64,000 nt of DNA from Bryobacterales bacterium. Its GTDB lineage: Bacteria > Acidobacteriota > Terriglobia > Bryobacterales > UBA6623. The stretch is from contig OY729428.2 of the NCBI GenBank assembly GCA_963422375.2, positions 800,001-864,000 on the forward strand, in the 5' to 3' direction. The position numbers and the translations under genes are program-made. Each line of letters starts with the position of its first letter. Within the stretch, counting starts at the first letter, position 1. Shown here piece after piece: positions 45,261 through 54,714 of the stretch. A model generated the notes under the pieces. That model was not told the origin of the DNA, ran no database searches, and saw only the letters and a list, made by a program, of their open reading frames with translations.

Positions 45261-46877
45261 ATGCCCGTCCCCCAAGCCAGCACCGACCTAGCGCAGGAGC
45301 CGGCCGAGCGCGACGCCCGTCAGCTGGCTGCGCGCTACCGCTATCCGTTCGTGGATCTCGATTCCGCGCACATCGACAGCGAGCTGTTCCGCTCGATCCC
45401 CGTCGAGCTCATGTTCCGGCACAACTTCGTGCCGATCACCGAGAGCGACGGGTCGCTGGAGATCGCGATCGCCGACCCGAGCCGCCTCCTCGAACTGGAC
45501 GAGATCGCCTCCCTGCTGGGCAAGAAGCTGCGGATCTCGATCGCGACCCTGACCCAAATCAGCGACATCCTCAACAAGACCGAGCAGTCGCAGCGCGTGC
45601 TGGAGGAGGTCACCGAGGAGTTCGCCCTCGAGCTCGGCCAGTCCGAGGCCTTGGAGGAGACGCTCTCGATCGACAGGCTCGCCCAGGACAGCGACATCGC
45701 GCCGGTCATCAAGCTGATCGACACGACCATTTTCAACGCCTTGGAGCGGAGGGCCAGCGACATCCATATCGAGACCCGCAACGCCGACGTGGCGATCAAG
45801 TACCGCATCGACGGGGCCCTGCACTTCGCCATGCCCCCGATAGCGAAGGACTGGCACGAGACGATCCTGTCCCGCATCAAGGTGATGAGCGAGCTAGACA
45901 TCGCCGAGCGGCGCGTCCCCCAGGACGGGCGCTTCCGCGTTCGCTACAAGGGTCGCCAGATCGATTTCCGCGTCTCGATCATGCCCACCGTCTTCGGCGA
46001 GGACGCCGTCCTGCGCATCCTAGACAAGCAGTCGATGGGCGAGAAGTTCAAGAAGCTGTCACTGGACGTCGTCGGCTTCAGCGGAGACGACCAGCGCCGC
46101 TTCGCGCACTACATCCGCGAGCCGTACGGCATGGTTCTCGTGACCGGCCCGACGGGCTCCGGCAAGACGACCACGCTTTACGCGGCGCTGAGCGAGATCC
46201 AGAGCGACGAGGACAAGATCGTCACGATCGAGGATCCCGTGGAGTACCAGCTCCACGGCATCACGCAGATTCCGATCAACGAGAAGAAGGGCCTGACGTT
46301 CGCGCGCGGCCTGCGGTCCATCCTGCGCCACGACCCCGACAAGATCATGGTGGGCGAGATCCGCGACCCGGAGACGGCGCAGATCGCCATCCAGTCCGCG
46401 CTCACCGGCCACCTCGTCTTCACCACCGTCCATGCCAACAACGTCGTCGACGTGCTGGGCCGCTTCCTCAACATGGGCGTGGAGGCCTACAACTTCGTCT
46501 CGGCGCTGAACTGCATCCTGGCACAGCGGCTCGTCCGCGTGATCTGCCCGCACTGCCGCGTGCGCCGCCGATATCCGGGCGAGAGACTCCGCGAGTCCAA
46601 CCTCCCGGCGAGCGAGTGGGCGCGCTTCGAGTTCAACGAGGGCGAGGGCTGCATCGAGTGCTCCGGCACCGGGTTTCGCGGGCGGACGGCAATCCACGAG
46701 CTGCTCGACATGTCGGATCGCATCCGGGAGCTGATCCTAGCGAAGCGGCCCAGTTCGGAGATCGCGCGCGCGGCCCGCGAGGAGGGCATGCGGACGCTGC
46801 GGGAGTCAGCCGTCGAGCGAGTCCGGGTCGGCGTGACGACGCTGCGCGAGATCGACAAGGTGACATTCATCGACTGA
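45261..46877 (+). CDS. pilB: Type IV pilus/T2SS assembly ATPase (PilB/GspE family)
   Basis: ASDIHIE, PQDGR, GPTGSGKTT, IEDPVE, VGEIRD, TGHLV, CPHC...CIEC. Confidence 0.92.
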   Translation: MPVPQASTDLAQEPAERDARQLAARYRYPFVDLDSAHIDSELFRSIPVELMFRHNFVPITESDGSLEIAIADPSRLLELDEIASLLGKKLRISIATLTQISDILNKTEQSQRVLEEVTEEFALELGQSEALEETLSIDRLAQDSDIAPVIKLIDTTIFNALERRASDIHIETRNADVAIKYRIDGALHFAMPPIAKDWHETILSRIKVMSELDIAERRVPQDGRFRVRYKGRQIDFRVSIMPTVFGEDAVLRILDKQSMGEKFKKLSLDVVGFSGDDQRRFAHYIREPYGMVLVTGPTGSGKTTTLYAALSEIQSDEDKIVTIEDPVEYQLHGITQIPINEKKGLTFARGLRSILRHDPDKIMVGEIRDPETAQIAIQSALTGHLVFTTVHANNVVDVLGRFLNMGVEAYNFVSALNCILAQRLVRVICPHCRVRRRYPGERLRESNLPASEWARFEFNEGEGCIECSGTGFRGRTAIHELLDMSDRIRELILAKRPSSEIARAAREEGMRTLRESAVERVRVGVTTLREIDKVTFID

Positions 46878-46879
46878 CC

Positions 46880-47764
46880 ATGGGGTTCCTGCTTCAAGCG
46901 CTCGACCGGCTGCTCCCCGACCCGCCGCCGCCCCTCGTGTTCGAGATCGGCGACGGCTCCCTGGTCGGAGCGCGCCGCGCCGGGCCGACCGTGCAGGCCT
47001 GCGCGGAGCGAACGCTCCCGGACCCCGGCCGGGAGGATGCGGACGGCGGCGCGGGCGACTCCCTGCGCGCAGCCCTCGAAGAGATCCTGCGGGAGATCGA
47101 GCCGCTGCCGAGCGCTCGCGCGGCGGTCCTTCTGCCGGACAGCGAGACGCGCCTGGCCGTGTTCGACTTCGACAGGCTGCCCCGGCGTGGCAGCGATCTG
47201 CGCCGCTCGGTCCGCGAGCGATTCAGCAATAGCCTGCCGTTCAAGGCCCGCGTGGCCTACCGGATCCAGCTCGGCACGGGCCGTCCGTCCGTGCTCGCGA
47301 CGGCCGCCCCTGCGTCCTACGTCCGTCTGTGCGAGTCAGCGTTCGAGAGCGCCGGCATCCTGCCAGGCCATGTCGGGCTGTCGACCGAGGCCGCCCTGAA
47401 CCTCCTCGAGCCTGACAGGATGACGCTGCTGGTCAAGCGCGGAGGGGCGGTCCTGACCATGGCCGCGGCGGACGGCGGGGCGGTGCGGCTGGTGCGCCGG
47501 ATCGCGGTCGCCAGCGCTGACGCGGCCGACCCCGGCAGCGCGCTGCGCGAACTCCTGCCCGACCTTTTTCCGACACTCGTTTACATTGAGGAGAACTTGG
47601 GCCAGTCCGTGTCCAAGGTGCTGGCGACCGGCTTCGGCGACGCGCTGGGGCCCGTAGTCGAGAGCCTGCGCTCGGAACTTCAGTGCGAGGTTGGCGGCCT
47701 GCTCGATCGAGAAACCGCGGACCCGGCGCTCCCGGCGGGGCTCCTAGGGTTCATGCGTGTCTAG
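46880..47764 (+). CDS. PilM-like actin-fold alignment protein
   Basis: ATG 46880 three nt after the pilB stop; AAVLLPD, SLPF; operon position. Confidence 0.7.
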   Translation: MGFLLQALDRLLPDPPPPLVFEIGDGSLVGARRAGPTVQACAERTLPDPGREDADGGAGDSLRAALEEILREIEPLPSARAAVLLPDSETRLAVFDFDRLPRRGSDLRRSVRERFSNSLPFKARVAYRIQLGTGRPSVLATAAPASYVRLCESAFESAGILPGHVGLSTEAALNLLEPDRMTLLVKRGGAVLTMAAADGGAVRLVRRIAVASADAADPGSALRELLPDLFPTLVYIEENLGQSVSKVLATGFGDALGPVVESLRSELQCEVGGLLDRETADPALPAGLLGFMRV

Positions 47765-48374
47765 GATTTCGCAGCTCGCAGCGAAGGCGAGGGGCCGGGC
47801 GCGCCGGGCCGTCCCCGCGCTGAACCTGGCGACGAACCCCGCCGGGGGGTACCGGGCGTTCTTCCTGCTCGCCGGCCTGACGGCGGTGGCGCTGCTGCTC
47901 GCGACGGCCCTGCTGGCAGCCCGGTTCCTAAGCTCGGAGGGGCCGCCCGAGGAACTCGCCGAGCGCGAGCGGCAGCTGCTGGCCCGGCAGCGGGATCTCG
48001 CCCGGCGCGCCTCCGAGGCGACCGCCACGGTTCAGGGCGAGCGGGCCGCGACGATTCTCGATCAGACCGCCTTCCTCAACGAGCTGCTCGTCCGCAAGGG
48101 GGTCTCGTGGACCCACACCTTCCTGGATCTGGAACGCGTGCTCCCGCCCAGCGTGCGCGTGCTGACTATCGAGCCGCGAGTGGCGTCCAGCGACACCATC
48201 CTCCTCGACATGGCGGTCAGCGCCAAGGCCCCGGCGGATTTCATCGAATTCCTCAAGGCGCTCGAGGGATCGATCCTATTCGGATCGCCCGCCCTGCGCG
48301 GCAGCGCCCCTCCCAGCGAAGGCGACCCGACGTTTCGCTACCAGCTCGCGGTGGAATATGACCAGCAGCTCTGA
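47757..48374 (+). CDS. PilN-like protein
   Basis: LNLATNP, one TM segment, coiled coil, SWT..LERVLPPSVRV. Confidence 0.75.
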   Translation: MSRISQLAAKARGRARRAVPALNLATNPAGGYRAFFLLAGLTAVALLLATALLAARFLSSEGPPEELAERERQLLARQRDLARRASEATATVQGERAATILDQTAFLNELLVRKGVSWTHTFLDLERVLPPSVRVLTIEPRVASSDTILLDMAVSAKAPADFIEFLKALEGSILFGSPALRGSAPPSEGDPTFRYQLAVEYDQQL

Positions 48375-48960
48375 GAACGACTCGCGGAGGCGCGGACCTC
48401 TACCGTGGTCGCGGCGCTTCCCGCCCCGAACGGTGCTGGCCGCGCTGGGCGCGTTGGCGCTGTGCGACGCGGCGTTCCTGCTGCTCGCCGTGCGCCCAGC
48501 GGCGCTCGAGGAACGCGAGAGGCTGGCCCGCAACTCACGGCTCGCCGCGCAGGTGGAGCAGACCCGCCGGCGCGTCGAGTCGATCCAAGCGGCGGCGGAC
48601 CGAATCGCCGCGGCCGAGACCGAGGGCAAGTCTCTGGTGCAGGGAATCGCGCTCCCTCGACGGAGCGCGTTCTCGGCCCTGCTAACGGAACTCGCCGACG
48701 CTTCCGAGGAGGCGGGCATCGAGGTGCGCGAGACCAGCTACTCGGTCGAGCCGATCGAGGGCAGCGAGGACTACGGCATCCTCGCCGTCAACGCCAACTT
48801 CCGGGGCGGGTACGACAGCCTAGTGCAGTTCCTGTACCGGCTCGACCGGTCGGAACTGTTCTTCATCATCGGCTCGCTCGGGGCGACGCCGCGAGACGAG
48901 GGAGTCTCGCGGGAGCTGCAGATCAACATGCGGTTCGACACGCTCGTGCGAGGCATGTAG
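48358..48960 (+). CDS. PilO/GspM-like protein
   Basis: One TM segment, coiled coil, FRGGYDSLVQFLYRL. Confidence 0.75.
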   Translation: MTSSSENDSRRRGPLPWSRRFPPRTVLAALGALALCDAAFLLLAVRPAALEERERLARNSRLAAQVEQTRRRVESIQAAADRIAAAETEGKSLVQGIALPRRSAFSALLTELADASEEAGIEVRETSYSVEPIEGSEDYGILAVNANFRGGYDSLVQFLYRLDRSELFFIIGSLGATPRDEGVSRELQINMRFDTLVRGM

Positions 48961-48969
48961 GCGCGGACG

Positions 48970-49671
48970 ATGGAACTGGGGGCGAACAGGAAGTCGCTGC
49001 AGCAGTTAGGGGCCGCCCTGGCGGTGCTGGCGCTGGTGGTCTACTTCCAGTTCTTCCGCGCTACCGCCCCCCCCGAGGCGCCGCTGCGCCCCCAGCCGCG
49101 CTCGCCGCTCGCGAGTTCGCCCGTGGCGACCGAGCCCGAGCCCCGGCAGTCGAGCGCAACAGGGCGGGCCAGTGGTCGGTTCCGGCCTCGGCTGGGGCGC
49201 TCGAGGCACGACGAGGCAACGGATCCGATGTCCGCCGACGCCGTGCTGCGCAAGCACCTGCTCGAGCGGGTGCGCGGCATCGGGGAGCCGACCGTCGACC
49301 GCGATATCTTCAACTTCGGCCGACCGCCAAGGCCTCCGGTCAGCCCGCCCACCCCGGACGAGACGGAGCTAGCGCAAGCGCGCTTCGAAGCGGAGATGCA
49401 GGCACGCGACCGAGAGCGGCCTACCCCGCCGCCGAGGAAGTCGCCGCCGGGCGCACGTCCGCCGCAATGGAAGTACTACGGCGTCGCGAGCGTCCCCGAC
49501 TCGGATAGCCAGCGAGCGTTCCTGCTGGCCGGCGAGGAGATACTCGTCGCCTCCGAGGGCTCCCTGCTCGAAGAGCGGTACCGCATCGGGCGAATCGGCC
49601 TCGAGTCGATCTCGTTCGTGGACGAACAGGCCGACCAGGAGTTCTCGATCCCCTTGGAGGTGCCGCGATGA
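48970..49671 (+). CDS. PilP/GspC-like Pro-rich protein
   Basis: N-terminal TM, RDIFNF, Pro-rich linker, KYYG...RAFL...EGSLLEERYRI; operon position. Confidence 0.6.
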   Translation: MELGANRKSLQQLGAALAVLALVVYFQFFRATAPPEAPLRPQPRSPLASSPVATEPEPRQSSATGRASGRFRPRLGRSRHDEATDPMSADAVLRKHLLERVRGIGEPTVDRDIFNFGRPPRPPVSPPTPDETELAQARFEAEMQARDRERPTPPPRKSPPGARPPQWKYYGVASVPDSDSQRAFLLAGEEILVASEGSLLEERYRIGRIGLESISFVDEQADQEFSIPLEVPR

Positions 49672-50891
49672 GGGGCGCGGTTTCGCGGCGCCGGTCGGGC
49701 CGGGAGGGCTACGCGCTGTTGGCCCTGCTGGCGGCGGCGGCAATCCTGCTGGCCGGTCTCGCCCTGAGCCTGCCGCGGTTGGCGATGCAGTCCCAGCGGG
49801 TCAAGGACGAGCGCCTGATCGAACGGGGCGAGGAGTACATGCGGGCGATCAAGCACTACTACAGGAAGCATGGCAAGTACCCGCGGGATCTCGACGACTT
49901 GGAGGAGACCGACGGAGTCCGGTATCTGCGCAGGCGCTTCGCGGACCCGATGAGCGTTTCGGGCGAATGGCGTCTCATCCACATGGGGACCGACGGGCGG
50001 TTCGAGGACTCGCTGATCTACGACCGCGGCAGAAGGCGGCCGGTGCTGGACGGCGGATTGCTGGGAGCCCCCGAGGGAGACCGCGATCCCGGGAACCCGG
50101 ACGCGACGGGCTCGCCCCTGACGGCCCCGACCAATCCCTTCGCGCCCGACTCCGGGCAATTCGTCGACCCGCGGATGCCACCTGAGCCGGAGCCGCTCGG
50201 CGGGCCGGGACGGGCTCGCGTCGCTCGCCAGTCCGCAGCTCCCGACCTTGCGACCAGGGGCCGCTACAACCAAGGGTTCGAATTCGACTCGGCTGAGCCA
50301 GCGGATGCCGAGACATCCGACGGCAACAGCGAGGACGGCCGACTGGGTTACGGCGGCATCCTGCCGGGCCCGGCCCCAATGGTCGACTTCGACCCCCGTC
50401 GGTTGAATCCAGGAGAGAGCCCAGGCCGGATCCCGCCTAGCGCGGCGCCTCCCGGGCCGGTCCGAGGTTTTCCGGGCGGGCCGCCGGGGTTTGGGTCGCG
50501 CCCGGGCAGTCGCCGCCAAGGCACCGGCGGCGCGAACCCGCCGGGTGTCGCCGGCCCGCTCGGCCAGCGGGCCGGCCAGGGCGCCGCGGGGCTCATCAAC
50601 CAAATCCTCACCAACCCGAGAGCGGGAGGCCTCAGCGGGGGGGCAGCCGGACAGGCTATTGCCAGGAGCGGTCCGGTGTTCGAGCGGGGCATCGCCGGCG
50701 TCGCCAGCACGAGCGAGGAAGTCGGCGTGAAGGTCTACAAGAGCAAGGAATCTTACGCCGAGTGGGAATTCGTCTACGACTACCGCAAGGATGCCAAGAC
50801 GGAGGGCGGCGCGCAGCCGGCAACGTCCCCTATGCGTTCGACCCAGAGCCCGCGAGCAGGCCCACCACTCGGGGGCTTGACAAGACGCTAG
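49668..50891 (+). CDS. Pilin/pseudopilin-like protein with a long Gly/Pro-rich insert
   Basis: Class III signal-like REG-YALLALL; YMRAIKHYY...YP..LDDL...RYLRRRFADPM; C-terminal IAGVAS...YAEWEFVY; ATGA coupling to the upstream gene. Confidence 0.7.
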   Translation: MRGAVSRRRSGREGYALLALLAAAAILLAGLALSLPRLAMQSQRVKDERLIERGEEYMRAIKHYYRKHGKYPRDLDDLEETDGVRYLRRRFADPMSVSGEWRLIHMGTDGRFEDSLIYDRGRRRPVLDGGLLGAPEGDRDPGNPDATGSPLTAPTNPFAPDSGQFVDPRMPPEPEPLGGPGRARVARQSAAPDLATRGRYNQGFEFDSAEPADAETSDGNSEDGRLGYGGILPGPAPMVDFDPRRLNPGESPGRIPPSAAPPGPVRGFPGGPPGFGSRPGSRRQGTGGANPPGVAGPLGQRAGQGAAGLINQILTNPRAGGLSGGAAGQAIARSGPVFERGIAGVASTSEEVGVKVYKSKESYAEWEFVYDYRKDAKTEGGAQPATSPMRSTQSPRAGPPLGGLTRR

Positions 50892-51186
50892 GCCGGGCTC
50901 GGCGGCCGCACCCGACCAGCCGACTGCGGCCTCGATCGCTCGCGCGGGCAAGGTCGGTCGAGCGAAGCAGTCCCGACGAATCTGATGCGCCGTCCAAGGC
51001 CTTGGGGTCGCAGACATTGCGGTCATTCCCGGAGCCTTGCATGACTACGGTGTAGGTTCCCAAGCTAATCCGTGAGAATACCACCCTTCTTCACCCGATT
51101 GTTTCGCAGGTCGAATCGCTTCCAAGTGGAATGAGTCGGGCAAGGCCGCACCCGCGGGTGCCCGGCTGGAGGCCAGTCGGCGGTCC

Positions 51187-51440
51187 GGAAGCCTCTACGA
51201 CGACCTCCGTCGCAATGCCGTCTTAGTCGGCCGCGGTCGCCGCGGCGCGCTCCGCGGCACCGAGCTCGCCGGCACCCGGCCCCTGCCCGGCGGGGGCACC
51301 TTCAAGGGTATGCCCCCGGGCTCGCGCCAGGCCTAGGGCGGGTTCCGGCTGGCCACCGGCCGCGGCGAGCCGCGGGCGATCCTGCTCGCGGAAGGCACCG
51401 TCGACACCCTGTCGGCCGCGCAACTGGCGTGCCCGGGCCT
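51187..51440 (+). pseudogene. DUF3991/Toprim fragment (plasmid or ICE mobilisation-type gene remnant)
   Basis: One frame reads LYDDLRRNAVL...GTELAGT...FKGMPPGSR(stop)GGF...AILLAEGTVDTLSA; not in the ORF track. Confidence 0.55.
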
Positions 51441-51666
51441 AGCACCGCTCCGCGGCAACGACCCAGCCCGGCCCGAGCGCCCCGGGCTGCTGCCCTCCTA
51501 ATGCAAGGCACTCCCGCAGCCCTCGGCCCTTCACGGAGACATCACCCCTCTCCATTCCTGCAGTAGCGGATCCAAGTGAGAAAACGCCCTTTTCCGCTGC
51601 AGGAACAATCTAAGAAATTCCGGGCGAATTAATGTGAGATCTCACAACGGCTAGGCAGGGTCTCGA

Positions 51667-54518
51667 CCGGATTATTGACGAACGCTTCGCAGTTCCAAGG
51701 TCTCGTCGTCCGCTCCTCTCGCGGGCCGTCGAATCGGCGCGGAGGGGATCGCTGAGGCGCTGCGAATGAAGCGCCCGGCCAACGCCGGGAGCGGATTTAG
51801 GGGACCGCTCGCCAGTGCCAGTGCCAATCCTAGTGCCAGAGAACGGGCTGGCATTCGCCCGTCGAGTGCCGCGGCATAGTCCCGGTCGCCTGTTGCAGGT
51901 GCGGCTGCTGGCCGCGAGACTCCCTCCGCCACGTATAGAGCACATCAAGCCCCCCGCGAGTCAGCCAGCGATTCGCTCCTTGGGAGTCCTGCCCGAGCAA
52001 CCGCGTCTCCACTGGCGACGGACCGCGCCACCCTCGAAGACTTGCGGGCACCCAGCTTCGCTCTCGGGATCGAGTCGATCACGAGCAACCTAGGACTGCT
52101 CGAAGGGACCTGCGGTCGCAAGCTGAAACCGCGATTCAGCTCGTGAGAGTGCGGCCAAGTCGATGACAAAGCAGATGCACCAGTCGAATGAGTATCGCTA
52201 CCCAGAGTCGCCGAAAGTACATGAGAAATCCGAGTTTTCGATTGCTTGTTCAACCTGTTGTAGTCAGTCGAGAATGGACTATATAATCCATCGGATCGTG
52301 GGGAGATTCTGTCGCTTCTTAGGTCTATTTCCAAACGGGTGTTCGGGCACCATTGGCGATCATTTGTTCGGTCGCAATGAGGCTATCGATCCTCTTCCTC
52401 GGTGGCGGATGAGTATGGAAAACTCCAAACAGCCCCTTTCTTTCTCCGGCAATTCCTCGCGCCCTTGAGTTCATCAATCGAAGATGAGACTGCACCGCAG
52501 CGCAGATCTCGTAGCCAGTCTCGTGCAGTATAAACATCCCGAAGTGATCCGAGATTATTTCCATGTTCTTGCTAAAAACAAGATTCCCGACTCCAGACCT
52601 GATATTCGCTCCGAGTTGAACGAGGTCCGGATTTCTAGCTTTGGCACCTACCAGCGCTCCAATAGAAATTCCAGCAAGCATTCCCCATCCTGCGTTGGAC
52701 GATGTCTTTGAAGGATGGCCCAGTACTGCGTGACTGTATTCGTGAGCGAGTACTACAGCGATTGTGTCACCACTCCCGGCGTGAGCAACAAGACCTTCGA
52801 GCAACGTAAGGTTGTATTTCGTGCCGATCTAGGCATTGATCCGCATGTCGTCTAGGCTGACATTGAGCGTGCGATTGTGAAAGCAGGAAAGGCAAGTTTC
52901 TGCATTGCTTAGACTTCGTTGAAAGACACAAACTGCGGCTTGGTTTACGCGCTTTTCAGCCCTAGAAACAACAGTGATCTTCTCGTTTCTAGGTGTCCAT
53001 CTTGACGTAGATATGGATTGTCTCATTCTGTAAGTAGAGGTGTGATGAACACTCGGTCCCATCCGAGAATCCATCATTCTAGTACCTGCACATCCTGCGC
53101 AAATGGAAGACATGAGAGCGAAGCAAATCGCTTGAGAGAGTCTGATTTTCACGGTCTCCCTATGCCTGTCGCTAGCTCCAAGCATCCCGGAGTCTTCCCA
53201 CGCGCGATGCCGGAGGCAGGACGACTCCGAAGAAGCGGGACAAGCGCACCAGCTGCAAGCGGGCCCGGCAGGGATCGGCGCGGACTCCCGGCCCGGCAGG
53301 CACACTCCGACGGCAAGGATGGGGGCACCAGCCGAGCGCATCCGGCTCAAACACGCGACAGGACGAATGAGACGGCCGACATGCCGCCGATCCCGGAGAT
53401 TCCTCGCGAAAGAGGAAGTTCGGCAGGTCCGGGACTCGCGCCAGTCCCTCGGCGCTGGGAATTCCGAGCTCGCGGCTCCTGCTCTCCATGCCGCGGGACG
53501 CCCGGTGCGAACCTTGTTGCACTCCACGCACCGGACACCGCGCTCGCATCAAACCCACAGGCTTCAGCTCCGGTCGGCTAGGATACCACAGCCGGGTGCT
53601 TGCAAGAAGAGGTGGTGCCTCCACCGCCCGCCTGTACGCACGCCCGGGACGAATACGTCCCGCCCGGTCTGATCCGGCGCGTCGATCCGAGTCCAGAATG
53701 TCCCAACCTAGGATCAGGAGGAGCATGGAGACGTTGCTCGGCAGCGGAATGATGGGCACGCCTAGCGGCGTTCCCTTCCTCTTGTGATTCGCGCGGTTCG
53801 ACCGGTTGCAGTCCACTATGTCGAGACGGTCCCGGCTGACCCGCCGTTGGGGCGGCTCGCCGGCCAAAGGGCGATGAGCATGTTCTCGCGACACGCCTCG
53901 GCGATTTGCAAATAGAACCGCAACTACGGAGCTCCCGTCGCTTGCGCGTGCCAAGCCGTCTCGAGTCTCCGAATGGCTTGCGAAACCATTAGGCCCGCGC
54001 AAGTCTCCGCGGTCCTTTCCCTTTTTCGGTTGGCGCTCGCCCCAAGGTCCCTTTCACTTCCGCCGGTGTTACGCGGCCTCTGCGGTATTACGGGCCCATC
54101 AGCCACCTCGCGGTCCCGGGCTGGCCCTCGCGGTTTCCGATCGGCCCGTGTGCGCCACCGACTGGGCTTCCCGTGTTTCATCTATGCATATCTTCCAAGC
54201 ATGCCACCGCCACCACCCGACTGAGACGACCGATGTTTGTGGCGCTTGCTTCCCGGCCTCTGGCAGCCTTTTTCGAAATTCAGGTGGAGCCGGCCTGCGC
54301 ATTGCCCTCTGCGAGTCCTGCTCGATGTTCACTCGCGTTGCGGCCTGCGTGGTCGCTCAGTCGCCTATCGGCGACCCATTGACCTCGAGATGCTTCAGGC
54401 CCGTTCGTTGCCGCCACGAGCCGCTCCGACCGCATCCGGTGGGGACGACGCTTGGCCGGGCGGGTTTTCGCACCCTCCGGAGCGCAGTGCCTTCGCGCGG
54501 AGCACTGAATGACCCGGG
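51667..54518 (-). mobile_element. Highly decayed IS1380-like element, interrupted by a peptidase gene
   Basis: Imperfect terminal inverted repeats CCGGATTATTGAC (51667-51679) and revcomp CCGGGTCATTCAG (54505-54517); transposase-like scraps in order on the minus strand (SGGGGGML, PLAGEP, ILDSD, ECNKV, SPRLLV). Confidence 0.5.
52325..53152 (-). pseudogene. M48-family zinc metallopeptidase lipoprotein with one in-frame stop
   Basis: GTG 53152, lipobox-like ICAGC; INA then TAG at 52829-52831; same frame continues IAVVLAHEYSH (HExxH), FSKNMEIISD, FHTHPP..RI; AT-richer. Confidence 0.8.
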
Positions 54519-54714
54519 CTAGACTGGTCATGCATTGCCCGTTCAGTCGCTTCGCAAGGCCCCGCTGACATTGCCCCGAAGATGGCGGGAGCGTACTCCC
54601 GCAGGCATCGCTCGGCGCAATCCGCTCGCGAGCGAGAGGCCGGGCGCCCCGGAGGCCGACACCGCTGCGCCTACGAACGATTGCCGCGCCGAGGGGGCCG
54701 TCCGGCAAGGCTGA

